IMG/VR virus record: IMGVR_UViG_3300036884_000676
Length of the DNA stretch: 64,000 nucleotides
Reading direction: 5' to 3' (one strand)
Source: a virus
Lineage: Duplodnaviria; Heunggongvirae; Uroviricota; Caudoviricetes
Shown: positions 36,188 to 45,382 of the stretch, piece by piece
How the letters are laid out: each line of letters opens with the position of its first letter
Numbering within the stretch: position 1 is the stretch's first letter
Translations under genes and position numbers: made by a program
The notes under the pieces: model-generated
Databases searched by the model: none
Told to the model about the DNA's origin: nothing
The model's input: the letters and a program-made list of their open reading frames with translations, nothing else

Positions 36188-36694
36188 TTAATTGTTATTA
36201 CTTAATAATTGTTGATAATAATTATATTTGTATTTATCATAGTTATCTTTTGTCATAAAAAGTAGATATATTGTTCCTTTATTAATATTTTTGATTAACC
36301 AACGATATACAAATGTATTTCCTTTTGGTTCTTTCCATATATTATTTTTCTTGTCAAAATTATCAGCATCCGTAGAATTAATAAAGGCTCTTAGATATTT
36401 ATTGTCGTAATCTTCAATATAAAGTTTGAAAAGGTCAGTATTATACTCCATCATAATTATATAGAAGTAACAAAAATCACTCTTAGTAAAATAATATAAA
36501 TTTGTACTCGATTGAAATTTAATCACTATGGAATAATAACCACTATCTATTTTTTCGGGTTTACTAATAGAAATAGAAATTGGTTTCAATTGTTTCAGAA
36601 TGTTTTTTTTGGTTTCACCTATAAATGATTGTGAAAATACGAAATTGAACATTACAATACCAACGAGTGTTAAAAATAGTTTTTTCATTATCAT
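36188..36694 (-). CDS. Secreted hypothetical protein
   Basis: Signal peptide MKKLFLTLVGIVMFNFVFS. Confidence 0.55.
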   Translation of the reverse strand: MIMKKLFLTLVGIVMFNFVFSQSFIGETKKNILKQLKPISISISKPEKIDSGYYSIVIKFQSSTNLYYFTKSDFCYFYIIMMEYNTDLFKLYIEDYDNKYLRAFINSTDADNFDKKNNIWKEPKGNTFVYRWLIKNINKGTIYLLFMTKDNYDKYKYNYYQQLLSNNN

Positions 36695-36700
36695 TTGATT

Positions 36701-37567
36701 TTAGATTCCTAATAAATGTTTTGCTAGTGAAACCTCTGGGATATGTTGAAAATAGTACATTACTCCGAATAAAGATAGAGCCAATGAAAAGAAGAAAAAC
36801 AAAGCCCATCCAATTTGTTTGTGGGTCATACTTTGATAATTATGTAATTTTTTCCATTCGAACCAAATTTCGATAACTCCCAGAATCATAAGTAAAGCAA
36901 ATAATCCTATTTTTAACCAGAAAAACAGAACAGTTGAAGCTAATAGTCCAAATGATAAAATTCCCAATCCCAACCAAGATTTTAATGAGAAACCAATTGA
37001 TTTAAATATTCTTCCACCATCCAATGGACTTATTGGTAAAAGGTTGAATAAATTTACAAAGGCCATCCATCCGGCTATCGCCGCGAATAATGGATTCAGA
37101 GTAATAAAATATACTATTCCAGTAATAATAGTTAGGGCAAATCCCCAAACTGGTCCCATTATAGCAACAACGAATTCCGTATTTCTTGATTTGAAATCAT
37201 TCTCAATAACAGCGGCACCACCAATGAATGGTATAAAATAAATGCCCTTAACTTTTAATCCATGTCTTTTGGCAGCCCATATATGACCAGATTCATGAAC
37301 AAATAAACAAACCATGATAGCTATGGCGAATGTCCAAGTAGTGAGAAATGCATAACTCACAACACTTCCAACGGCCAAACCTATTTTTACCACCTTTGCC
37401 CCTTTTAATAATTTTGTTACAACTGGAATGGCTTTAGATCCAATTTTTCCAAGAGCCACAAAAAATCCTACAAAGATATTTTTCTTCTTCGGTTTTTCTT
37501 CAATCTTTGGTTGATAATTATAAGATGCTTTTACAAAAATTTTTTCTGGTTTTTCTCCAATCATCAT
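36701..37567 (-). CDS. Site-2 protease (peptidase M50)
   Basis: HESGH, IPFIGGA, MGP, NLFNLLPISPLDGGRI. Confidence 0.9.
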   Translation of the reverse strand: MMIGEKPEKIFVKASYNYQPKIEEKPKKKNIFVGFFVALGKIGSKAIPVVTKLLKGAKVVKIGLAVGSVVSYAFLTTWTFAIAIMVCLFVHESGHIWAAKRHGLKVKGIYFIPFIGGAAVIENDFKSRNTEFVVAIMGPVWGFALTIITGIVYFITLNPLFAAIAGWMAFVNLFNLLPISPLDGGRIFKSIGFSLKSWLGLGILSFGLLASTVLFFWLKIGLFALLMILGVIEIWFEWKKLHNYQSMTHKQIGWALFFFFSLALSLFGVMYYFQHIPEVSLAKHLLGI

Positions 37568-38178
37568 AATGTAACTTTTTTGAGGTTATAAATTTTTATC
37601 CAGTTTATAAATCCATAAATTGCCGTTCCTGTAAAAATCAATGATTCTATAGCGACAAGGTATATTCCACTAAATCCAAACAAAAAAACACAAACTATAT
37701 CACTTATTATCCAGACTAACCAAGATTCAATGTATTTAAAGGATAGTAGGTTGACACCAAGGATACTGAGAACTGTTACTGTGATGTCTAAGAATAGGTT
37801 TGCTGACTGTTTTTCTACTGGAAGTATCTGTCGAACTATGAAATCAATAACAAAAATGGAAATTATAGTAATTATACTCCAAATTAGACGCTGTTTATTC
37901 GTCAACCATCTTAATCCCTTACCTTCGTTTTTATCTGTTTTTCTCCAATAAAATATGGCAACAATACAGATGTAAGTAAAGTAAATTTGTAGAATGGCAT
38001 TAGCGTAAAGTGAATTATTCCAGAAAAGAAAGAAGAAACACACTTGACCGATAATACTACAAATCCAATTCCACCAATTAGCTTTTGTGGCAAATATAAC
38101 GGAAACAAAATTGAAAATCGATCCGATCAATTCCAAGTAAGTTAAATGATAACCATATATTGTTAAGGCTGTTTCCAT
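37564..38178 (-). CDS. pnuC: PnuC-family nicotinamide riboside transporter
   Basis: LELIGSI, WNWICSII, ANAILQIYF, DITVTVLSI, ESWLVWIISD. Confidence 0.85.
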   Translation of the reverse strand: METALTIYGYHLTYLELIGSIFNFVSVIFATKANWWNWICSIIGQVCFFFLFWNNSLYANAILQIYFTYICIVAIFYWRKTDKNEGKGLRWLTNKQRLIWSIITIISIFVIDFIVRQILPVEKQSANLFLDITVTVLSILGVNLLSFKYIESWLVWIISDIVCVFLFGFSGIYLVAIESLIFTGTAIYGFINWIKIYNLKKVTL

Positions 38179-38182
38179 TATA

Positions 38183-38509
38183 TTAAGTTAAATTCATAAA
38201 TTTTTCTCGTAAAGATTCTTCCATATTTTGTAGAAAAATTTGTTTGTTTTGTAAAACCCATTCAACAGCTTCCTGTGATGATGTGAAATAATCCTTTTCG
38301 AGTACAAGATCTTTAATATCCATTATCATATATCGTTTAGGTAATGAATATAAAGCTCCATTTCTATCATAACAATTAGATCCCTGAATATTATAATCTG
38401 CCACTAAAATGTGTCTCCACACACCATCATCTGATGGTTTCCCAAAAATTGTATTACTCCATGCTGGTAAACCAATATTATAAATCTCTAATTCACAAAA
38501 ATTATTCAT
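38183..38509 (-). CDS. Hypothetical protein (start MNNFCE)
   Basis: ORF in minus-strand operon. Confidence 0.5.
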   Translation of the reverse strand: MNNFCELEIYNIGLPAWSNTIFGKPSDDGVWRHILVADYNIQGSNCYDRNGALYSLPKRYMIMDIKDLVLEKDYFTSSQEAVEWVLQNKQIFLQNMEESLREKFMNLT

Positions 38510-38667
38510 TTTTGAATTTTCAGAAAATATAAAATATTGACATAACCCACAAACAATGCCACAATAGAAATACTGAAAACAACCAAAAAGGATGAAAGAA
38601 ATCACCATCTAAATATGATTTTTCACCCGGTATAATCATAAATCCACCAAAGATTGGTATCCAAAAT

Positions 38668-39465
38668 TTAATTTTTTCCATTTTCTTTTATAAATTCATC
38701 AATATGTTTAAGTCCACATTGGGTTTGTAATATATCATTGATATCCATGTTGAAATTGGCATAATCCCTATGACTATGATCTTCATTTAATAATTTAGTA
38801 ATTAATTCAATACAATAATTACCCCATACCCTTTTAATCTCCTTTACTCTCCAACTATCATTGAGGGCTTTATTATATTCAAATTCTCGTTTTTCTATCA
38901 ATGAATTGAATTTCTCTGATAAATCATTTTCATCGAACTTGACTTTTTTTGACTGTTCGATTTCCCAGAGATAATAATATACAGTATCTAAGTGTGATTT
39001 TATTATATCAGAAGAAGAAACCCAATTCCATTTCTCTTTTTTCCATTCATGTTGACAATCATTACATTTGTTAACTTCATTCGTATCCATTTCTCCGTGC
39101 ATACTACCACTCATACTACCAGAAAATAAGAAAAAATCTCCTTCCACATGACCATCTACCTGACCTTGAACTCTCTTTATTCTATCGTTTACTTTCGAAC
39201 TACCACATTTGGGACATTTATTATTGTGTCTGTTAGCATAACCTTTGTCCTTTTCCTCTTTCTCTGAAGCTTCATTTTTACAAATTTCATCGAATGATTG
39301 ATATTGATTCTTTAAAACAGCCAATCTTTTTTCCTTAATAACAGGATCGACAGATTCGAGTTCTATTTTCTGAAAAGATCTTTTAATTGAATGCCAAACA
39401 CCATACCAATTAGTAGTGAATATAATGAATAATACTACTACAGCAACAATAAAAATATATTCCAT
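38668..39465 (-). CDS. Membrane-anchored Zn-ribbon protein
   Basis: N-terminal TM, CPKCGS...CNDCQHEW. Confidence 0.6.
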   Translation of the reverse strand: MEYIFIVAVVVLFIIFTTNWYGVWHSIKRSFQKIELESVDPVIKEKRLAVLKNQYQSFDEICKNEASEKEEKDKGYANRHNNKCPKCGSSKVNDRIKRVQGQVDGHVEGDFFLFSGSMSGSMHGEMDTNEVNKCNDCQHEWKKEKWNWVSSSDIIKSHLDTVYYYLWEIEQSKKVKFDENDLSEKFNSLIEKREFEYNKALNDSWRVKEIKRVWGNYCIELITKLLNEDHSHRDYANFNMDINDILQTQCGLKHIDEFIKENGKN

Positions 39466-39521
39466 AATTATTTAGTTTATCAATTTTACTAAATGTATGA
39501 AAAATAAGTGGAATAAAAAAA

Positions 39522-39761
39522 TTAAATTTGGATAAATTTACCAGTAATCATCCCTTTGCGAATCCATCTCATTAGGGTAATAGATTTGAATGTTGGAGTA
39601 AAATATATATCTTTGTTCTCTTTCTCGTCAAGAGTATCAATTTGTAATTCATAATAAGTATCGTCTACCTTTATATGATAGTAAACCCATCCATTACAAA
39701 TATGAGATAATTTAGCTGTTGTTCCGTTTACTATTTCAGTTAGTGTGTGTTTATAGTCCAT
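39522..39761 (-). CDS. Hypothetical protein
   Basis: Coupled ORF. Confidence 0.55.
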   Translation of the reverse strand: MDYKHTLTEIVNGTTAKLSHICNGWVYYHIKVDDTYYELQIDTLDEKENKDIYFTPTFKSITLMRWIRKGMITGKFIQI

Positions 39762-40114
39762 TACTTTTTTGCTAATTTTTTGGTATATTTAATGATATTT
39801 TTTGTGTTGTTATTTAATCTTTTAATTTCGTCTGGAGACATTTTAATCAACATCTGTTCTGGTGTCCATTCGGTAATTCTCCTTATAACCTCGACATCTT
39901 CTACTATATAATTATATTTGGGTATTTCCTGTTTTAACATTTCTATTTGATGTTGAATATCTCGTTCCTTTTTAGCGTCATCACAATCACATTCCCAATA
40001 TTCATCATAATCATCCCATTTTTTCTTTTCTTCTTCACCACAATATAAGCAAATATGACTTATATAACCTATTTCATCGATGAATTTTCTTTCATTTTTT
40101 CTTAGCTTTCTCAT
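39761..40114 (-). CDS. Hypothetical Cys-containing protein
   Basis: CLYCG...CDC. Confidence 0.55.
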   Translation of the reverse strand: MRKLRKNERKFIDEIGYISHICLYCGEEEKKKWDDYDEYWECDCDDAKKERDIQHQIEMLKQEIPKYNYIVEDVEVIRRITEWTPEQMLIKMSPDEIKRLNNNTKNIIKYTKKLAKK

Positions 40115-40347
40115 AAATCTATGTTGTATTTCTCTTTGATTTCTTCTTTGGTATATAGGTGATAATTACAATCCTCATATTCTCCCCATTCCAATATACA
40201 ATGATAAAGTTGAGGTTCGCTCCATCCAGATTTAATAATCTTCAAACCAACTATATTTTGAGTATCAATATAAGATCTAACAAGTTGTTCAGAACTTTTT
40301 TCAAAATTGAGTTTTATTACATCTAATCCGTCATTCAATCCTGACAT
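40111..40347 (-). CDS. Hypothetical protein
   Basis: Coupled ORF. Confidence 0.5.
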   Translation of the reverse strand: MSGLNDGLDVIKLNFEKSSEQLVRSYIDTQNIVGLKIIKSGWSEPQLYHCILEWGEYEDCNYHLYTKEEIKEKYNIDL

Positions 40348-40535
40348 ACTTCATCCTCCTCTTCTCCATTATTAAATCCTTTGCCATAAAATGGGCCACT
40401 GGTTTCATCGGTTTCGATTTTTTCATCATCTTCTAAACCGTTATTAAAACCTTTACCATAAAAAGGACCAGATTGTTCATCTACTGGTTTCTTTTTCTTT
40501 TTAGGTTCATCTTCTTCGTATTTTCCATACCACAT
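40335..40535 (-). CDS. Acidic 66-aa peptide with duplicated SGPFYGKGFNNG
   Basis: Direct repeat at both protein and DNA level. Confidence 0.55.
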   Translation of the reverse strand: MWYGKYEEDEPKKKKKPVDEQSGPFYGKGFNNGLEDDEKIETDETSGPFYGKGFNNGEEEDEVCQD

Positions 40536-40615
40536 ACTATTTATATATGATTTTTCAAGGAAAGTTTTTTTATTTCACTATTTTTTCGTACTTTTGTAGT
40601 CTAATAAATTCTCTT

Positions 40616-40882
40616 ATGAAAATAGATAAGGTAATACATGGATTTACTTTCAGGTACAATGTATCTCTTATTCCGAATACGATGAAATGTAAGGTCTATT
40701 TCTTATCAAAGGATGAAGAAGTAATCGGAGAAATAAGCCCTGATTTCAAATATATTATCCTACCCGATACTTACACCAGCCCATATATAACTGATTATGG
40801 TAATGTGAAAGTCGGAAAATTAAAGATGAATAAGTTTCAACAGGCAGATGCTCGTGATTACAATTCCATAAATACAAAATGA
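40616..40882 (+). CDS. Hypothetical protein
   Basis: ORF after TACTTTTG promoter. Confidence 0.55.
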   Translation: MKIDKVIHGFTFRYNVSLIPNTMKCKVYFLSKDEEVIGEISPDFKYIILPDTYTSPYITDYGNVKVGKLKMNKFQQADARDYNSINTK

Positions 40883-41274
40883 AAATAAGTGATTTTTTAA
40901 AAGGACAAGGTGTTTTCAGTAATGAAATTAAAGCCAGATTCCAAAACGGACAAATCAAAATAAATGGGGAGTCCGTTAAGGAAGATATTGATTTGAATGT
41001 GAAAAAACAAATTCCAGATCCAAAAGTTGATGATATTCCATTTGAAGCTGGAGATTGGATTTTTCACAATTTAATAACTTCGTTATCAGAGGATAAAAAG
41101 AAAAAACTATTTCTCATTACTACCTTATTTGATATTGAAACTCTGTTCTCAGGTGGATGTCAGATTAACGACAAACCAGTTGAAGATATTTTACCAGAAT
41201 TGAATATTATGAAAGGTCATATATTTTTAAAAACTTCCAAAAAACAATGTTTCATCCTAAAACTTAACAAATAA
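40879..41274 (+). CDS. Hypothetical protein with S4-like N-terminus
   Basis: SDFLKGQGVFSNEIKARFQNGQIKING. Confidence 0.45.
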   Translation: MKISDFLKGQGVFSNEIKARFQNGQIKINGESVKEDIDLNVKKQIPDPKVDDIPFEAGDWIFHNLITSLSEDKKKKLFLITTLFDIETLFSGGCQINDKPVEDILPELNIMKGHIFLKTSKKQCFILKLNK

Positions 41275-41282
41275 AAACTAAT

Positions 41283-42272
41283 ATGACTAACAAAAAAGAT
41301 AAAAAAATAGGACTTGTATTTGGAAAGTTCATGCCCCTTCATAATGGACACATGGCCTTGATTCGATTTGCACAATCTCAGTGTGATAAACTATATGTAT
41401 TGTTATGTGAGGCTAATGATGAACCAATATGTGGAAAAATTCGATTAGGATGGTTATTGGACACATTCAAAGATGATTTGAACATAGAAGTGAGAATTAC
41501 TGATGTTCAATTACCATTAGTTCCCTATTCATCTAAATTAATAGCTAAAATGTGGGCCAAATTTTTCAAGGAAGAATTTCCTGATGTGAATATTCTATTT
41601 ACTTCGGAAAGATATGGTGATTTCACAGCAGAATTCATGGGTATAAAACATATACTTTTTGATAATGACAGAGAAGAAGTTTTTGTATCAGCCACCAAGA
41701 TTCGTAATCATCCACTCATTTATTGGGATTATATTCCCGACATTGTAAAACCGTACTTTGTTAAGAAAATTTGTATTTGTGGAACAGAATCAACGGGAAA
41801 AAGTATATTAACCGAAAAACTTGCTAAGAGATTTCATACTAACTTTGTTCCAGAATGGGGTAGAACTTTATGTCCGTCTACAACTGAATGTACCATAGAT
41901 ATAATTAAACAAATCGGTAAATCCCACGCTACTGACATTCACAATAAAATACAATTCTCACATAAATTTTTATTTTCAGATACCGACCTGAATACAACAA
42001 AAATGTATTCCTATTTCTTATTCAATGAAATACCGAAATTTGATGATTGGATTGAACAAGAAAATAAGTTCGATTTGTACATTTTTCTTGAAAACGATGC
42101 CCCTTTTATTCAGGATGGAACACGACTGACAAAAGAAAGAAGGGATGAACTACGAGATTACCATTACGACTACCTTATATCTCAAGGATGTAAAGTTGAA
42201 ATTGTAACTGGTAGTGATTGGGAAATCAGGTATGAAAAAGCTGTCAGAATAATTGAGGAAAATTTCGGATAA
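41283..42272 (+). CDS. nadR: NadR-type bifunctional NMN adenylyltransferase / ribosylnicotinamide kinase (no HTH)
   Basis: FGKFMPLHNGH; ISAT-like VSATKIR; Walker A GTESTGKS; SDTD; DGTR. Confidence 0.92.
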   Translation: MTNKKDKKIGLVFGKFMPLHNGHMALIRFAQSQCDKLYVLLCEANDEPICGKIRLGWLLDTFKDDLNIEVRITDVQLPLVPYSSKLIAKMWAKFFKEEFPDVNILFTSERYGDFTAEFMGIKHILFDNDREEVFVSATKIRNHPLIYWDYIPDIVKPYFVKKICICGTESTGKSILTEKLAKRFHTNFVPEWGRTLCPSTTECTIDIIKQIGKSHATDIHNKIQFSHKFLFSDTDLNTTKMYSYFLFNEIPKFDDWIEQENKFDLYIFLENDAPFIQDGTRLTKERRDELRDYHYDYLISQGCKVEIVTGSDWEIRYEKAVRIIEENFG

Positions 42273-42277
42273 GAATC

Positions 42278-42568
42278 ATGAGAAATTACAAATTAGAAAA
42301 ATTACAAGCCGGAGAAAGTTTCGTTACCAGTGAAAAAGGTAATTCCATGTCACCAATTATTAAGTCGGGACAAAAACATAAACTTGTTCCCGCCACTTGG
42401 AGAGATGTAGATGTAGATGATATAGTCTATTGTAAAGTCAAAGGAAACTTCTACACTCACCTTGTAAAAGCAAAAAATGAAGATAAGGGTTGCTTAATAG
42501 GTAACAACAAAGGTGGAGTTAACGGATGGACTAAACAAGTCTATGGTAAGGTTGTAAAAATCCTTTAA
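42278..42568 (+). CDS. S24/S26 peptidase-like small protein
   Basis: GNSMSPIIKSG...DIV....H.VK. Confidence 0.65.
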   Translation: MRNYKLEKLQAGESFVTSEKGNSMSPIIKSGQKHKLVPATWRDVDVDDIVYCKVKGNFYTHLVKAKNEDKGCLIGNNKGGVNGWTKQVYGKVVKIL

Positions 42569-43824
42569 ATATAAATATTCAGAATTTCATTCAGTTTAAT
42601 TTTGGTTTCCTCATTCAGTGATTTCCCCTTATTTTCATTATACAGAATCATAAAGGAACTTACCACTTTATTGAATTTGAAACTATCCGTATAACCAAAT
42701 ACAGTTTCCTTAAACTTTTCAATATCAACAGTTTCCTTACCAGTTCTTGACATCCATTCATCCCATTTTTTGAAGAATCTGATGATACCATTGATGTTCT
42801 GGTCTGACCATTGACCACCATCGAAATAATGTCCGATGAACATCAGATAAAACCTCAGAACCTTTGGATCATAGTTATCTGGATTAACAATATTTCCTTT
42901 ACTTTTGGCCATCTTGATTCCATTATTCAGAATCATTCCCTGATGCACCACTTTTTTAAAAGGTTCTTCCTCACTGATCATCCCAATATCATACAGGAAC
43001 ATATTAATAAAACGAGCATATATCAGGTGCATGCAAGCGTGTTCACTTCCCCCGATGTACAGATCAACTTGTTTATATTTATCTTTACTACACAGTTCAT
43101 TTTCGTTGTACGAATCACAATAACGGATAAAATAGAAACTACTATCTACGAAAGTATCCAGAGTATCAGTCTCACCTTCAATTGGAATAGGACATCCCCA
43201 ACTTCTTTGTCTACTGACACACCAATCATGTTGATTCTCCAGCCAATCTCTTTGAGAATTGATTGTTTTCTTTGGGTAATCAATCCAATCCAGATTTTTT
43301 ATCAGTCGGTCTTTATATTCGGTGATTTTAAAATACCATTGTTCCATTTGACGAATTTCAATGGTCGTATTACATCTATCACATTTACCATCTTTGACCT
43401 GTTCACGAGCCAGAACAGTTCCACAACTTGGACACCAATTTACTTCACCCCAAGCTTTGTAAGCCAGTCCATGTTCTTTCAGTTTGATAAATATCCATTG
43501 TGTCCACTTCTGGTAAGATGGATCTGAAGTAATTACTTTTTCTTCAAAAGAAGTGTCCATTCTTTCCATCTGTTTACGGAAATTCTCAATGTTTTCATAG
43601 GTAACTTCTCTGGGATCTCTATTGACTGATTTGGCGTAATTTTCAGCTGGAAGTCCAAAGGAATCATACCCAAACGGTTGAAAAACTTTAACTCCTTTAT
43701 ATCTTTGGTATCGACAATAACTGTCTACGATAGCGTAATTATAATAATGTCCGATGTGCAGTCCGTTTCCGCTCGGATAAGGAAACATGACAACCACCAT
43801 TTTTTCATTTTTTATGTCGTTCAT
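42565..43824 (-). CDS. leuS: Minimal leucyl-tRNA synthetase (419 aa)
   Basis: MFPYPSG..LHIGH, FGLPAEN, WCPSC..VLA.EQV, DWCVSRQRSWG, DTFVDSS, YIGG.EHA.MHL.YARF, KMAKSKGN; CP1, Leu-specific and C-terminal domains absent. Confidence 0.9.
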   Translation of the reverse strand: MNDIKNEKMVVVMFPYPSGNGLHIGHYYNYAIVDSYCRYQRYKGVKVFQPFGYDSFGLPAENYAKSVNRDPREVTYENIENFRKQMERMDTSFEEKVITSDPSYQKWTQWIFIKLKEHGLAYKAWGEVNWCPSCGTVLAREQVKDGKCDRCNTTIEIRQMEQWYFKITEYKDRLIKNLDWIDYPKKTINSQRDWLENQHDWCVSRQRSWGCPIPIEGETDTLDTFVDSSFYFIRYCDSYNENELCSKDKYKQVDLYIGGSEHACMHLIYARFINMFLYDIGMISEEEPFKKVVHQGMILNNGIKMAKSKGNIVNPDNYDPKVLRFYLMFIGHYFDGGQWSDQNINGIIRFFKKWDEWMSRTGKETVDIEKFKETVFGYTDSFKFNKVVSSFMILYNENKGKSLNEETKIKLNEILNIYI

Positions 43825-44584
43825 TGTCTTTTAATTTGTTTGAGAAATGTTCAATTGAGATATTATGTTTTTTGATTGTTTTATAAATAAGACTTCTATT
43901 ACTTTCGTTATATTCCATATTTAAATTTTTCATAATATCTCTATAAGATTTTGATTTAGAAATAATCCCTTTAAAAAGATTAATATCATAATCGAAATAA
44001 TCATAATTTCTTTTATTTGTGAAATCTTTCCAATCATCTTTTTCAATTATTTCCTTATCTTCGTATCTAAAATAACACCCACCAGCCGTCCCTTTCAATT
44101 GACAACTAAATTTAATTTGTTGTCTAAAAATACCTGTTTCTCTTTCAGCTCCTCGAAGGCTAATGAATTTTTTTAAAGGAGTAAAATTTTTATCATACAT
44201 TATAATTGATTTCTTATTTGGATTGGATATTTTCATTAGTTTTTTACTTTTATCAGAATGTTTTTTTCCTGTCCAATCTACACCATCTCCACCATCTGTA
44301 CTATTCTTCAATCTAAATCCCCAGCATTTAAATTGAGAAATCCAATATCTTTCTAATGAATCAATATTATTTTTATCACCGATATCAAGTATTTCTATTA
44401 TTGGTGAAAGATTTTTATTTTTGAGATATTTTAACCATTTATTTTTTCTTGTCCAAGGTTCTTGACGGATACTCCAATTTGACATATGTCCCCTCAATCT
44501 TTTTTCTAAATTTTTGGTCTTACCTACATATTTTATAATTTTATCTTCTGGGTCTGTTAATGTATAAATATAAAATTCCATCAT
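43805..44584 (-). mobile_element. Free-standing GIY-YIG homing endonuclease with NUMOD-like repeats
   Basis: YIYTL...YVGKT...R...H; ERYWI..F; N.TDGGDG; KHSDKSKKLM. Confidence 0.85.
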
Positions 44585-44633
44585 AGATTTTTATTTCTAT
44601 ATATAAAAATTTATGTGTAATGTTTCATAGTTG

Positions 44634-44707
44634 TAACCCCACCCGGACTTGAACCGAGATATTTAGTTTCTAAAACTAACGCCGCTAACCAATTAGGCCA
44701 TGGGGTC
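44634..44707 (-). tRNA. tRNA with Leu(UAG) anticodon but no variable arm
   Basis: UUAGU-UUUAGAA-ACUAA, 4-nt variable loop, A73. Confidence 0.85.
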
Positions 44708-44717
44708 ATTATTTTAG

Positions 44718-44791
44718 TAGTTCTGTTCGGACTTGAACCGAAATATTTGGTTTTTGAAACCAACGCCGCTAACCAATTAGGCCACAGAACC
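44718..44791 (-). tRNA. tRNA with Leu(CAA) anticodon but no variable arm
   Basis: UUGGU-UUCAAAA-ACCAA, 4-nt variable loop, A73. Confidence 0.85.
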
Positions 44792-44796
44792 TTTTG

Positions 44797-44881
44797 TATC
44801 GATGGTGGGACTCGAACCCACACCCTCGTAATGAGGAACGGCTTCTGAGGCCGTCGCGTCTACCAATTCCGCCACACCGAC
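44797..44881 (-). tRNA. tRNA-Leu(CAG), class II
   Basis: Canonical cloverleaf. Confidence 0.93.
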
Positions 44882-44933
44882 AAATTTCAAATATTTACCA
44901 GTTTTTTGAAAAACTGTTCAAAATTTGATTTTG

Positions 44934-45007
44934 TAGCACCTGTCGGATTCGAACCGACAAACTTGGATTTTAAGACCAATATGGTTGCTCTATTACATCA
45001 AGGTGCC
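44934..45007 (-). tRNA. tRNA with Leu(UAA) anticodon but no variable arm
   Basis: UUGGU-CUUAAAA-UCCAA, 4-nt variable loop, A73. Confidence 0.82.
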
Positions 45008-45012
45008 ATTTG

Positions 45013-45096
45013 TAGCCTCTGTGGGAATCGAACCCACACGGTCTTTCGACCACTGGATTTTGAGTCCAGAGCGTCTACCAATTCCGCCAAGAGGCC
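45013..45096 (-). tRNA. tRNA-Leu(CAA), class II
   Basis: Canonical cloverleaf. Confidence 0.94.
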
Positions 45097-45101
45097 ATTT
45101 G

Positions 45102-45186
45102 TGGGAGTTGATGGAGTTGCACCACCCGAGCCCTGAGGACAACAGATTTACAGTCTGCCCCGCTACTACTTACGGAATAAACTCCC
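45102..45186 (-). tRNA. tRNA-Tyr(GUA), class II
   Basis: CAGA-CUGUAAA-UCUG, long variable arm. Confidence 0.9.
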
Positions 45187-45190
45187 AAAG

Positions 45191-45275
45191 TGACCAAGGT
45201 GGGATTCGAACCCACACGGGCGTAAAGCCCAACGGATTTTAAGTCCGTCGCGTCTACCAGTTCCGCCACAAGGCC
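45191..45275 (-). tRNA. tRNA-Leu(UAA), class II, with two U-U mismatches in the acceptor stem
   Basis: Cloverleaf. Confidence 0.88.
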
Positions 45276-45283
45276 AATTTCAG

Positions 45284-45365
45284 TGTCCATAGGGGGACTC
45301 GAACCCCCACGCCTTTCGACAATAGTTTCTTAGGCTATCGCGTCTACCAGTTCCGCCATACGGAC
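45284..45365 (-). tRNA. tRNA-Leu(AAG), class II
   Basis: AUAGC-CUAAGAA-ACUAU; A34. Confidence 0.88.
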
Positions 45366-45382
45366 AATTTCAAAGAACTCAG

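Noticed and set aside
42811-43527. 238-aa antisense ORF over leuS
   Set aside because: Shadow frame of a conserved gene with no motifs or promoter.
43805-44584. Group I intron splitting leuS
   Set aside because: leuS has its own ATG just before the HIGH region, only ~50 nt separate the endonuclease from the tRNA, and no intron core or upstream exon is visible.
44611-45290. ORFs 44611, 44906, 44985 and 45075
   Set aside because: Artefacts of GC-rich tRNA sequence.
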